Notes under the pieces: generated by a model
What the model was told of the DNA's origin: nothing
The model's database searches: none
What the model saw: only the letters and a program-made list of their open reading frames with translations
Shown: piece by piece, positions 39,341-49,786 of the stretch
Layout: each line of letters starts with the position of its first letter
How positions within the stretch are numbered: position 1 is the first letter of the stretch
Virus record (IMG/VR): IMGVR_UViG_2596583697_000001
Span: 1-64,000 of that record
Reading direction: 5' to 3' (one strand)
DNA from: a virus
Taxonomy: Duplodnaviria; Caudoviricetes
DNA length: 64,000 nucleotides
Translations under genes and position numbers: made by a program

Positions 39341-42161
39341 ATAATTTACCTCCGTATCTTTTAAATTTTATATTAAAGATATCAATATCTCCCTCGTTTG
39401 ATTCTTCTATGTATGTGTTTGATGGTGTTAGTTCATACATTATTTCTGTCAAGACATCGTTCTCATAGTTAAATAGCGCATAAAATAATAACTTCGAAAT
39501 ATGTGAATATTTTTTCATGTCTACATATTCTATCAAGGATAGCATCGTATGTTTGTTAATTTTCAATTTACTGATATCGTATACTAATGATTCCCTGTAT
39601 CGATCAGTTAATAGAAACTTTTCAGATGGAGCATAGTATTCTTTCGACCATATAGCATTAATTGAAGAATTAGTAGACTCGCACATTTTCACAATTTTAT
39701 TGAGCTGTTTTTTGTTTACTGAATTTTGACTAAAATCACCAAACCTAAAACACGATGATAATGGAGTAAAATCACTTCCTTTTGTTTTATCCGATCGATA
39801 TCTATTAACTTCTCTTAATAAATAATCCATCGCTGTATGGTGATAGTTATATTTCTTCTTATCAGGGTTACGATATCCCTTGGTCTGAGCTATAAACCCT
39901 ATAAAAGCTGGTTTTATTGCTTTGTTATTAAATGTGCGTCTATCCCACTTGTCTTTTATCGTCTTAAGTTCTCTTACAGAAGAAATATCAAATTCCTTTT
40001 TCGCTTTATCAATTTCAATACACGATAATACGTTTAAAATACAAATATCGTGATAGATCCCTTCAATGTCTTTATAGCATTCGGCTAAAGATTTTCCGGA
40101 TCGATTTATGTAATCCCACATCAAAGTATTTAATTCCTGAGATAAATTGACTATCTCACCGATTTTGTTTTCGCTTGTTTTGTAATCCAAGTCCGCCTTA
40201 TCTGCATTTGTGTAGTGTCTTTGAGATTTCTTAGCGGAGACACGATTGGCTGGAACTTTGAAATACTCGTAGTTCTTTAATGCAGCGTCAATTAATATTT
40301 CATTGTCAGTTACTATCATTTGGTCTGAATCGAAGTCAGCTCCGCTTAATCGTTCTAAGATATTTTCTCCGATAGAGTTAATACAAACAATTTCATCTGT
40401 TAAATTAAAGTATTTATCAATTAGATCATGCTGCATGTTGGTTGATACCAAAATATTCGATGTTGATATATGTGGGCTACGGCAACCTAAGACTTTTTTA
40501 CCATACTTATATCGAGTAGTATGGATATGTCCAGATGGGAGAGAAGTAGTTCCGTCAAATTTCCCGATACTATGGAGTAACATTTCAAATGGATTTCCAA
40601 ATAATACAGAATAATTACCATCAATTAAAATGTGACCTTTTTTAATATTTTTCAAGTAAGCTTTGCATGTTTCCTTTTTAAAATCATAATAATATTTAGT
40701 GTCATAAAATGTATCTGAAAGATTCATCATCGTGTAAATAATATCATTTTTATCTTTAAATACATTGCTCAATTCTTCTCCATCGTCTACCGCACACTTA
40801 ACATGATATTTTAAAACATCACTATCTGTATTTAACAGATTTACATATTCAAGAGACGGCTTTAGCAACGTATGCACATCATCTGATGATAGCTGTAGTG
40901 TATTTAATAATTGGTAATGAGTTTGAACCATCCTGCCATCAAAGAAGTGTGTCTTTTTTTCATGTTTTACTATGCTAAATGTAGGGTCTATATTATTAAG
41001 CCATTGCTCGATAGGAGCAAATTTTATGTATTTTATGCTATTTGGAGTGGTAATAAGTTTTATATCACCAATATCTTTCGCAAGAGTAATATGATCTTTG
41101 TGAAGTTGCGAAATACTGGAGATGTTATTATCTTCAAACCATTTCTGTATATTTGTATTAAAACAGCATGATTTAAAAAATCTATTTCTCAAAAGAACCA
41201 TTCCATATTTTGAATAGTCACCAAGAAGACTGATGTCTATCAAAGATTGTCCATCAAATATTGAGTTGGATATCTCAGCAGTACCTTCTCGCACCGATAT
41301 CTTCTTTTCAGCGTCCATTTCTACGATAATAGAATCTTCAGAAAATGCACTATCGTAATCTGGGATTATTAATATATTTTTAGGATCTATCGTGAGTAAA
41401 TCTATAGCACTGCTGGTCGGCAATGAAATATAAGACTCGAAGGCTGCTAAATCAATCAAATCTCCCTCTTTAATATCAAGTCCACATAAATCCCATTCAT
41501 GAATGTCTGCGTATAATCTTTCGTCTACAAATAGACACTTTCCGACTCTCGATGATCCAGATGTCCTTTTTAAACGAATATAATGTGTGCCATTACAATT
41601 AAATCCACTTTTATATAGGTAATCTCTTAGTTCTTTTTTTGTATATGAGACTTGCACTGTTTTGACGGTATATACTTGATTTCCATACCTATCTTCTTCA
41701 AAATTAAAACCGTCTGGTAGCTCGAAACGGGTGATTTCTCTGGTGGGAGTGAGAGCTACAACTCCTACTATGACACCATCATCTAAGGCAATATTGTCTG
41801 TAAAATGAAGATCGTCAAGTAAGTATCCATCCATAACATATGTATTGGCTTTGACCTTATTAAAATCTTTGCTACTATACTTAAAAGTTACATTTATAAT
41901 TTTATCAGTAAATTCTTTCCCATTGTGTGTAAAAGTGAATGTATCGCTTTTATCGTAAATGCGACTTACAATCTCTCTTATTTTTTCACTATCAAGGCTA
42001 AAATCCAGTGAGTTAATAAACCGATTGAAATTCACATCGCCCTTCTTTGTCAATAATCTATAGCCTATTTTATTTTTCTTTTCGTCTAAAAAATTGTTTG
42101 CAAGGAACAAATCCTTCGCATCAACGCTTGGTATATAAATACAATTTCTTTTTGACTGCAA
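39333..42161 (-). CDS. yonO: YonO-like single-subunit (double-psi-barrel) RNA polymerase
   Basis: RSPH motif, catalytic LSGADFDSD, IGEIVNLSQ, IEIDKAKK; next to HU as in SPbeta. Confidence 0.85.
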   Translation of the reverse strand: MQSKRNCIYIPSVDAKDLFLANNFLDEKKNKIGYRLLTKKGDVNFNRFINSLDFSLDSEKIREIVSRIYDKSDTFTFTHNGKEFTDKIINVTFKYSSKDFNKVKANTYVMDGYLLDDLHFTDNIALDDGVIVGVVALTPTREITRFELPDGFNFEEDRYGNQVYTVKTVQVSYTKKELRDYLYKSGFNCNGTHYIRLKRTSGSSRVGKCLFVDERLYADIHEWDLCGLDIKEGDLIDLAAFESYISLPTSSAIDLLTIDPKNILIIPDYDSAFSEDSIIVEMDAEKKISVREGTAEISNSIFDGQSLIDISLLGDYSKYGMVLLRNRFFKSCCFNTNIQKWFEDNNISSISQLHKDHITLAKDIGDIKLITTPNSIKYIKFAPIEQWLNNIDPTFSIVKHEKKTHFFDGRMVQTHYQLLNTLQLSSDDVHTLLKPSLEYVNLLNTDSDVLKYHVKCAVDDGEELSNVFKDKNDIIYTMMNLSDTFYDTKYYYDFKKETCKAYLKNIKKGHILIDGNYSVLFGNPFEMLLHSIGKFDGTTSLPSGHIHTTRYKYGKKVLGCRSPHISTSNILVSTNMQHDLIDKYFNLTDEIVCINSIGENILERLSGADFDSDQMIVTDNEILIDAALKNYEYFKVPANRVSAKKSQRHYTNADKADLDYKTSENKIGEIVNLSQELNTLMWDYINRSGKSLAECYKDIEGIYHDICILNVLSCIEIDKAKKEFDISSVRELKTIKDKWDRRTFNNKAIKPAFIGFIAQTKGYRNPDKKKYNYHHTAMDYLLREVNRYRSDKTKGSDFTPLSSCFRFGDFSQNSVNKKQLNKIVKMCESTNSSINAIWSKEYYAPSEKFLLTDRYRESLVYDISKLKINKHTMLSLIEYVDMKKYSHISKLLFYALFNYENDVLTEIMYELTPSNTYIEESNEGDIDIFNIKFKRYGGKLFE

Positions 42162-42163
42162 TA

Positions 42164-43975
42164 TTATTCCTCCATTAATCTAATGTCTCCATACTCACCA
42201 GATGCCAATTTCTTCATCGCTTCAAGCAATATACTTTTAAAATATTCTTCCCCTTCGTAGATTGACATGCTAATCGGGATGAAATTGACCCAACAATATG
42301 TGTCGAATAAAAACAAACGCTTATTAAAGTCACTATTGTTTTCAATTGCCCAATAATGATTGTTAGAAGAGTTAATCGAATCACATAAAGAGTCAATTAT
42401 GTTTTTAATGCGATAAATGTTCTTTATTTTATCTTCAAATCTTTTAAAAATAACCTCACCTAACGAATCAAAATTGTGATCCATGCAATATTCATACATA
42501 TCCAACTCTTTGTATCCACACATCAACCATAATCTTCTAAAATCAGATGATACTCTTAGTTCCAAGTTGCCAAAGCACATTGCGCTCAACCGTTCAATCG
42601 CCTCTTTATATTTTGAATTATTCATAAGTACAGTTTTTATTTGTTCATTTCTCAATTTATCAAGCGCAGAGTTTTTAAAGTCATTATAATACTTTTTTAA
42701 TTTTTCCAGCGAGATCTGATCATATAAACTTGGTTCATATTTTCCAATCTCTTCTTTTATATAAGAATTATGTATATGATCAAAAAAAGTAAAAGTGAAA
42801 TACAATTCACTAAAAGGATAATGAGTAGTAGCCCAATGACTTCTTGGAGTAACAGATTTTATATAATCCAAGCTGGAACACTCGTTAATTATTTCTAGTT
42901 TTTGATGAGCATCATTAACTCTATTCTTCAAGATACCTAATTCGCTGGATAGATCTACTTTAATCAACACCCCACCATATGCTCTAATTTTAACCGATAC
43001 CTTTTCATAACAATTATAATCTAAATATGGAATCCGACTAATCATTTCCACAACATATATTAAAGGAGAAACATGATTGCAATTAACTAGAAATCCTGGT
43101 ATGTCAGTATGCTCATCTTGCAAACACTTCAATGAATCAAAAAAAATTTTATTAATAATTTCTTTAAATTGCTCTTTAAAAGATGTGCATGTCTTATTTT
43201 TTATGTTTTTATAGCACCATACCTGATCATTGTAATCCATTGACTTGAAAGCTGATACTACATCGTCCTCAGCCACTTTGCCATTTTTATATTGACACAA
43301 CATGTTCCAAAACCAATCCAATTTTTCCCATTGTATTTTGTAATTGAGTTTATCCTGTCTTTTCCATTCTGATTTTCTTTTCCCGATAGTATCATCATAA
43401 TCACTTTTTGTATAACTTTTAATAAAGCATTCGCCATCTGAATAAATTACCTTAAATTCCGGGACATCATTATTATGTTTCTGATTTATAAATTCCCTTG
43501 CATTAATTTCAACCACATCGATTCCAAGTTCATCCCAAATAGGAATGTAATGTGCTGATTTCTTACTGGAATATGCAATTTCAAAGAAAAGAGTTTTACC
43601 ATCTTTAGTTTCCACTATAATATCTGGGCGGTAATCACCGAATGAAGTGTGTAATGTTTTTTCAGTCTCGACATTTAATACAGTATAGGTGTGACCATCA
43701 ACCATAAATATACTACCATTTTCAAACAGCCACGTTTTGCAAATATAATGTACGAAACTTTCTTCTGAACAGCCACAGGATTCATGATAGAAGTGTGGTT
43801 GCACCTGATAGTCATTCTCTTTTTTATATGCCCTTGGTTTTACAACACCTTTACAACAGGGGCAGTAGTAAATTACATCTTCTTTGACATCATTAATATG
43901 TATATAGTTTGCAGTATCATCTTTGCTATCTAAAGCAACGATAAGCTGTGGCAAATCGTCATAGTTATTTTTCAA
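42164..43975 (-). CDS. CoiA-like Zn-ribbon plus PD-(D/E)xK nuclease domain protein
   Basis: YYCPCC..PHFYH..C..ESFVHYICK; RPDI..FFEIAYS. Confidence 0.7.
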   Translation of the reverse strand: MKNNYDDLPQLIVALDSKDDTANYIHINDVKEDVIYYCPCCKGVVKPRAYKKENDYQVQPHFYHESCGCSEESFVHYICKTWLFENGSIFMVDGHTYTVLNVETEKTLHTSFGDYRPDIIVETKDGKTLFFEIAYSSKKSAHYIPIWDELGIDVVEINAREFINQKHNNDVPEFKVIYSDGECFIKSYTKSDYDDTIGKRKSEWKRQDKLNYKIQWEKLDWFWNMLCQYKNGKVAEDDVVSAFKSMDYNDQVWCYKNIKNKTCTSFKEQFKEIINKIFFDSLKCLQDEHTDIPGFLVNCNHVSPLIYVVEMISRIPYLDYNCYEKVSVKIRAYGGVLIKVDLSSELGILKNRVNDAHQKLEIINECSSLDYIKSVTPRSHWATTHYPFSELYFTFTFFDHIHNSYIKEEIGKYEPSLYDQISLEKLKKYYNDFKNSALDKLRNEQIKTVLMNNSKYKEAIERLSAMCFGNLELRVSSDFRRLWLMCGYKELDMYEYCMDHNFDSLGEVIFKRFEDKIKNIYRIKNIIDSLCDSINSSNNHYWAIENNSDFNKRLFLFDTYCWVNFIPISMSIYEGEEYFKSILLEAMKKLASGEYGDIRLMEE

Positions 43976-43996
43976 ATAATCCCTCCCTTTGTAACT

Positions 43997-44344
43997 CTAC
44001 GCAATTTCTTTCATCCACTCGATTGTTAATGCAATGCCATTAGAAAAGTCTCTGATATGGGTATCAATAGTTTTCATCTCAATCATCACGCTGACAACTC
44101 TGGAGATATTGCTTTTAATTGTGGATTTAGTGCCACTAACATCTTGAGTATCAATTAGGTGTTTGAATTCCTGTTGTTTTTCATATGGAGTATCTATATA
44201 CTTGCGCAGCTCCAGCTTAACTGTAAATTTATCTCGGTCAGCACGAGATGGTAAAAAAGTTGCAATGATATCGCATACCGGCCTACCTAATGCGTCAGCA
44301 TAATCAAATCTAATAGTTTCTCCCTCGTTTTTGTATGTAAGCAT
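43997..44344 (-). CDS. Hypothetical protein
   Basis: AAGGAGG RBS, 115 aa. Confidence 0.65.
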   Translation of the reverse strand: MLTYKNEGETIRFDYADALGRPVCDIIATFLPSRADRDKFTVKLELRKYIDTPYEKQQEFKHLIDTQDVSGTKSTIKSNISRVVSVMIEMKTIDTHIRDFSNGIALTIEWMKEIA

Positions 44345-44477
44345 TTATAATCCTCCTTATTAGTTATATAGAATTTTCAATAGTGTTTTCGGCGTTTAGT
44401 GGTGCTGTCGATAATTTTACTGGCAAGTATGATTTGAGCCGAAATCAATACTGATTTTGTGAGCTGTATATTACAAA

Positions 44478-44765
44478 TTACATATTGTTTCTCATTTCTC
44501 TGGCACGTCTCATTCTTTCCGCACGTTCTTCTTTTTGCTCATCTGTTAAATTTACTGTTTTTGGTTTCGAAAATTTAATAGCATATTTCAGTGGCATTCT
44601 TACGTAAATAGTACCATCATCATTTTCAGCTATGATTTTTACATCATCTGGGCATTTCTCCGCCAGACTCTTGATTCTTGAAATATACTTTTGATGAGAT
44701 ATGGTGCAGCTACATTTGTCCTGTCCCGTGAGCCACTCGATGCAATTTTCTTTATTTTCTGCCAT
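44478..44765 (-). CDS. Conserved phage protein
   Basis: ENCIEW...ENDDGTI..LTDEQKEERAERM. Confidence 0.7.
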   Translation of the reverse strand: MAENKENCIEWLTGQDKCSCTISHQKYISRIKSLAEKCPDDVKIIAENDDGTIYVRMPLKYAIKFSKPKTVNLTDEQKEERAERMRRAREMRNNM

Positions 44766-44955
44766 AATTCATAATCTCCTTGTAATATTTATTTTTGATT
44801 CTTATCTCTGCGGCCGTTCTCTCGACAATCCTATGTGGGTTAGGTTTCGATGTATCAAAGTCGCACTCCGAAATAATTCCTGCAAATTCTCTATGTAGTT
44901 CTGATCTTGGCGGCATAGTGTAGCCGCAAGTCGTCATGTTGTAAACTTTCTCCAA
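44752..44955 (-). CDS. Hypothetical protein
   Basis: RBS AAGGAG; coupled to the next gene. Confidence 0.6.
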   Translation of the reverse strand: MEKVYNMTTCGYTMPPRSELHREFAGIISECDFDTSKPNPHRIVERTAAEIRIKNKYYKEIMNYGRK

Positions 44956-45061
44956 TATTTATATCTCCTTTTAGTTTTGATAGAATTTTTTACTGCTGTA
45001 TTTACGTTCTTGCAAAAATTTAATTCCATATTGAATCTCCTTTTCGTAGTCGTAGTTATTA

Positions 45062-46072
45062 CTACACTGCTATTGGCTCCAACTTCTTGTTGGCAACAAC
45101 CATTGAGCACAAATAACCATCATTTTCATATAACTCTTTACATGAAAAGATATTTGAGCCATCTACAATGCCATGAATGTTATCGGATAATTCTTTTCTC
45201 TTTTTCTCAATGTTTCTTTCATTAAACAAAAGATATTCATTGCTGCTCCAGAAATCCTCTTTGGTAACAACGTCATAATCAAAACATAGTTGTTTCACCG
45301 AGAAACCTTCCTCTTTAATGAGTTCTATTGTGTTATGTTTAGCAATATCTTTTAATTCAAACGAAGGCGAATCATTACAAATTGAATCAGTATTAAAGAC
45401 TGGATTGTATTTTGCTATGTAATATAACTCATAAATATTTGTGTCTGCGTGAGTCGGCATTTCTAATAGCTCAATTTTATGAAATTTACCATCCACTCTT
45501 TGCCTAGCTGATGCAGAACATCTTTGTAGTAAATTGGAATTACTTTTACCAACATAAACAATTTTATCTGCCAAGTCATAATCATATATAAAATAGCAAC
45601 CATAGTTGTTAGTTAAATACTTTTTGGGATTTGAATAACAGTACACAGTTCCCGTAGAATTTCTAATTTTTGTCGATAAAACATTAAGCGTAAATGGATA
45701 ATAAATATCACCATTATTAGGCTTCATGCTCAAATATCCACTACGATAGTTCATATTTAAATCTAAACAAGGGAAGAGTTTGTCAAAAGAAACTTCTTTG
45801 TTTTTAAACTTATCAATAATAACAATTGCGTTTTTGACGATACTTACTAAATCTTTTACTTTTCCTTGTTGTGCAAGCGCAATCCAATTTGCAAACGAAT
45901 TATCATATGTTACAGGACATTCAACTATATCTATATATGCGTCGATGAATTCATAAACCTCTTTGAAGTGTCTTAAGTCGCTTACATGATCTGATGATAT
46001 TTCTGAATTTGTATTTTTTAAGATTTTTATTAAATAATTTGATAAATGTCTTCCGTTTTCAAATTTTAACAC
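45062..46072 (-). CDS. Protein with GIY-YIG-like nuclease domain
   Basis: GCYFIY..IVYVGKS..L.QR...ELYYIAKYNPVFN. Confidence 0.7.
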   Translation of the reverse strand: MLKFENGRHLSNYLIKILKNTNSEISSDHVSDLRHFKEVYEFIDAYIDIVECPVTYDNSFANWIALAQQGKVKDLVSIVKNAIVIIDKFKNKEVSFDKLFPCLDLNMNYRSGYLSMKPNNGDIYYPFTLNVLSTKIRNSTGTVYCYSNPKKYLTNNYGCYFIYDYDLADKIVYVGKSNSNLLQRCSASARQRVDGKFHKIELLEMPTHADTNIYELYYIAKYNPVFNTDSICNDSPSFELKDIAKHNTIELIKEEGFSVKQLCFDYDVVTKEDFWSSNEYLLFNERNIEKKRKELSDNIHGIVDGSNIFSCKELYENDGYLCSMVVANKKLEPIAV

Positions 46073-46076
46073 TCAA

Positions 46077-46886
46077 TCATCCTTTCGCTTCTAAAAATTT
46101 TATTGTTCCTGGTACATTATCTTTTTTATATACCGTCCTTTTGTATATGCGTTCCAATTCAAATAAGCAAGAATCATCTGTTAAATCAGATTTTTTTAAC
46201 GCATAAACATTTCTGGTCGGAATGTATACCCCTTCTTCTTCCGAATCTTCAATAAACATATCGCCTCTTATGTAAATCATACCCATTTCACTTAATGTGT
46301 TTATGGCATTCTCAATAGTGGATACAGAAGATACGCCAACCCCACTCTTTATTTGCTGCTTTGAAGGATATGATATTTTTGAACAATCACTTGTTATGTA
46401 TGAATCTTCCGGTATATATTGCTTGATAAATAAATAAACGCCCACCAGTATTGATTTATTTAAACTAGAAGTGGAAGACGATATTTTTTCATACTCATCA
46501 ATTGTAAGCAGTACAAAATTATCTTTACTAAAAAATATTGGTTTGTCCCTTGATAGGGATATTGTAAAAATGGCAGATGGTGGAATCTTCATAACATCTT
46601 CATCAATCTTTCCAAAACCCTTACTTACAATTTCGTTTTTTATAATTGTTCTGAAATCCTTATATATTGATTGGTTATGGGACTTTGTGGAATATCCACA
46701 TTCGGTTAATAGCTTATTCAATGTTAGAGATATTTCCCCAAAAGTTTCCAGGTGCTTTCTTAAGTACATGATAACAAGATAATACTTCAGTCCAGATATT
46801 CCTTTATGGTGCTTTAATTCTTTTTTTGAAAATCCTACAGCGATATCGGCCTTATCCTCGTCTGATAAAAAAATACAATTCTCTAT
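46077..46886 (-). CDS. Winged-helix/replication-initiator-like protein; probable ATA start
   Basis: SYPSKQQI..GVSSVSTIENAINTL..GMI wHTH; frame open 39 codons upstream of the track ATG to an ATA after AGAGGTGA. Confidence 0.6.
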   Translation of the reverse strand: MENCIFLSDEDKADIAVGFSKKELKHHKGISGLKYYLVIMYLRKHLETFGEISLTLNKLLTECGYSTKSHNQSIYKDFRTIIKNEIVSKGFGKIDEDVMKIPPSAIFTISLSRDKPIFFSKDNFVLLTIDEYEKISSSTSSLNKSILVGVYLFIKQYIPEDSYITSDCSKISYPSKQQIKSGVGVSSVSTIENAINTLSEMGMIYIRGDMFIEDSEEEGVYIPTRNVYALKKSDLTDDSCLFELERIYKRTVYKKDNVPGTIKFLEAKG

Positions 46887-47186
46887 ATTTAAAACTCACC
46901 TCTTTTCTATTGTGTAATTACGATGGGGACATTTCCCCATTAAATTCATTGTTCCTGTTAATACAGTGGGGGATTTTACCCATCGTTATTAAAATATAAT
47001 GGGGGAATATGCGATTTTTTTGGGATAAAGTAAAAACTCTAATCATCCTATAAAAATTCTAATAATATAAAAAGATTAATTCATTTCGTTGGTAAACCAA
47101 CTCAATGAGGATTCTTTTTCTCTGGTATTATTTTCTAGTAAGTACCATCTCTACTGTAATAATTCTGCATATGTAAATGTATCCCC

Positions 47187-47474
47187 CTATATAAATTTCA
47201 CTTCTACAGTTTTATATCCCATCATTTTGGCAATCAGATATGTAATGTAGCCATCTGTTAGTGTATTCTTCTTATCAACTACGATGGGAGATAAGAAGTC
47301 ACCGGTACGAATGTAATATGTATACTTTGCTGCTAGGTTATCTACTCTAGGTGGGTGAGATAACATTTTTGGTGGTATAGTGATCTTGGATAGAGGTATT
47401 TCTTTTCTCTGTAAGGTCTGTAATTTCAAATTACTTCTGATATGTAACAGGTTAGTGAATCTAATAATCTTCAT
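47187..47474 (-). CDS. ParB/Srx-like small protein
   Basis: IPLSKITIP...SPIVVD...LTDGYITYL. Confidence 0.65.
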   Translation of the reverse strand: MKIIRFTNLLHIRSNLKLQTLQRKEIPLSKITIPPKMLSHPPRVDNLAAKYTYYIRTGDFLSPIVVDKKNTLTDGYITYLIAKMMGYKTVEVKFI

Positions 47475-47750
47475 TTAAATCCTCCTTGTAGTGTGATTAT
47501 GGTTTTCTTTATTTGCTTGTATGAATCATAACACTTACGGATTATGATGTCAATAGTTTTCTTTATTTATTTGTAATTATATTTTCAAACAATTGGTTAG
47601 GGAAATTATTAGTTGTGAAAATGGTGAGTTCGGTAGATATGATAATTTTTTACATTATATAGGAAGCGAATGCTTATCCTGTAATGGTTTGTTGGGTGTG
47701 AGAGTAGTAAGAGATATGTGATCGGAGATATGATTTTTATGAAAACAGAG

Positions 47751-47872
47751 GTGAGTTCGTAAAGATGCTTATTTTATAAGGGTTTGCTTGCTTCAGAGAG
47801 CGAAAAGTGTTGATTTTAAATTGTCTGTAAATTCAATTTGGCCTTATTTTATAAGTATTCCTTCGAACTCAC
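47751..47872. repeat. Inverted pair of composite 30-bp sites
   Basis: GTGAGTTCG-N8-CTTATTTTATAAG (47751-47780) and CTTATTTTATAAG-N8-CGAACTCAC (47843-47872). Confidence 0.75.
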
Positions 47873-49049
47873 TGACGAACTCATTTTATGTGATTTCGGA
47901 AATTGTATAGACAATTGGATTGTGTTTATGGCTGAAGTGAAGTTAAGATTTGAAATTTTGATGGTTTTATCGTGTTTGACAAATTGGTTAATTGTATATA
48001 CAATATTGGGTTAATTTTGCGATAAAAGAGGTTGAAATTTTAACTTGATGTGTGAGTAGAACAGATATGTGGTATTCCGACACGTAAAAACAGTCTCAAA
48101 ATGTAAATATACCCCGGTCATGGGTAGTGAAATAATATACAACAAATAGGCATGTCAACCTATGTGTAATAGGGCATAATTACATGTTCAATGTATGCCA
48201 CTTTATATGTCTGCGGTAAACTCTTGTTTAGTGCAATGATAGCAAAAATAGTGCACAGTTAGCAATGACTTAATTTGTGCATGGTGCACAAGTGTTTGAT
48301 GCGTTTGTGTAATTGTATTGAATTGTAGTGATACAATTGGATATTGTCGGATAATTATAATGACTTATGATGGTTAAATGTATCACTATATTAGGTAAAG
48401 GGGCAGTGATTACGATGCCTGACGTGATCTATCATTGAAAGCTTGATGTGGTATTGCAAGTAAGCTGGTAAGGTTCGTTTCAATCAAATACTACAAGTGT
48501 AGTATTAACAAAATATCATTTCATCTTATCACAAATATATGAAATTACTATGTCATACATTTCAGCACTCATATATGAAAATACATTCCATAATTACATA
48601 GTTCATGAAATATAATTACGCCATATACGATGTATGTTAATCGATGCACCTAATCAATTACAAACACCTCACACAATGTCCATATTGCCTATATACACCC
48701 TTCAAACATCATTACCTTAACAACTGTCCATCAATCATATAATATCCCATACAAGGCAAATCAAGCACATTCCATGTGGCAGCATACATTATATACAGTT
48801 ATATCAAATGGCAATGTCCAGACAATCATATCATCATATACCATACAACGCATTTAAACGTTCATATGACGGTTATAACCTCATACCCTAACAACTCTAC
48901 CATAATCCCATTAACCGTCCATATCAGCCGATTAGACGCTTTGTACAGTTATCACAGCGTCAGTCTATATCAATCCAAACACCCATACATTAATCATAGA
49001 AATAACACAACATATCTACAAAATATTTCAAGATTATCCAAAATTCCCC

Positions 49050-49078
49050 TTGACAGTTTCGAAAATACGTTCTATTAT
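49050..49078 (+). promoter_or_regulatory. sigmaA promoter with a Cheo-like box in the spacer
   Basis: TTGACA-17-TATTAT; GAAAATACGTTC at 49061-49072. Confidence 0.55.
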
Positions 49079-49187
49079 TGGATCATGAGTTTCGAACACA
49101 TGTATCAGTATTGCCGAACATGCACATTATACTTACATAGACTAACCGATAGATTAATCATAATTACCAATACTTGGTGTCATAACG

Positions 49188-49415
49188 TCATTGATCACGT
49201 TTTATAAAGGTTATATCAACATCATAACCAATTGCATTGGCAATAGCTTGCAAAGTATCCAGGGTGATGTTATCACGCCTCATATTAAGTATGTTGCTAA
49301 CTGTAGCCTGAGTAAGTCCGGTTGCCTTTGCTATATCAATTTGTTTTATCTCATCGTCAAGCATTAAATGTTGTAAGTGGTTGATTACCTTATCTAAATT
49401 ATGGTTATATATCAA
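49188..49415 (-). CDS. XRE-family HTH regulator (repressor candidate)
   Basis: IKQIDIAKATGLTQATVSNILN..ITLDTL; divergent from the early operon. Confidence 0.85.
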   Translation of the reverse strand: MIYNHNLDKVINHLQHLMLDDEIKQIDIAKATGLTQATVSNILNMRRDNITLDTLQAIANAIGYDVDITFIKRDQ

Positions 49416-49546
49416 TTTATTTACCTCCTCAATGGGTAGTAGTATATGATATCACATTGCAATACTTATATGCAATTGTGCATAGTATATAAAATATCTT
49501 ATAATAGTTTGTGCATAAACACAATGATAACAATGCAATAAAACTA

Positions 49547-49575
49547 TTGCAATACTATAATTAGTATGCTATACT
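49547..49575 (+). promoter_or_regulatory. Early sigmaA promoter
   Basis: TTGCAA-17-TATACT with TG extension; TTGTGCA boxes upstream. Confidence 0.75.
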
Positions 49576-49633
49576 TATATCAAGTTAATAAATACGAAAC
49601 ACACAAACAAGTATCACACAAGGAGGTCATACC

Positions 49634-49786
49634 ATGACAAACGAATTCAAACAAGAAATTACTTCTTACATTATATCTCTTGGCGGTAACAACGAGGATA
49701 TAGAGCAAATCATTGATGAGATAATTGAATCAGGCTATACCACAATGGTAGAGGTTAAAGTCCATATTGAAAATTACTACCAATAA
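49634..49786 (+). CDS. Small acidic early protein (not in ORF track)
   Basis: AGGAGG RBS; MTNEFKQEITSYIISLGGNNEDIEQIIDEII... Confidence 0.7.
   Translation: MTNEFKQEITSYIISLGGNNEDIEQIIDEIIESGYTTMVEVKVHIENYYQ

Noticed and set aside
48776-49207. 143-aa plus-strand ORF
   Set aside because: His/Ile/Tyr/Thr-rich low-complexity translation of the C/A-skewed DNA; no RBS; likely spurious
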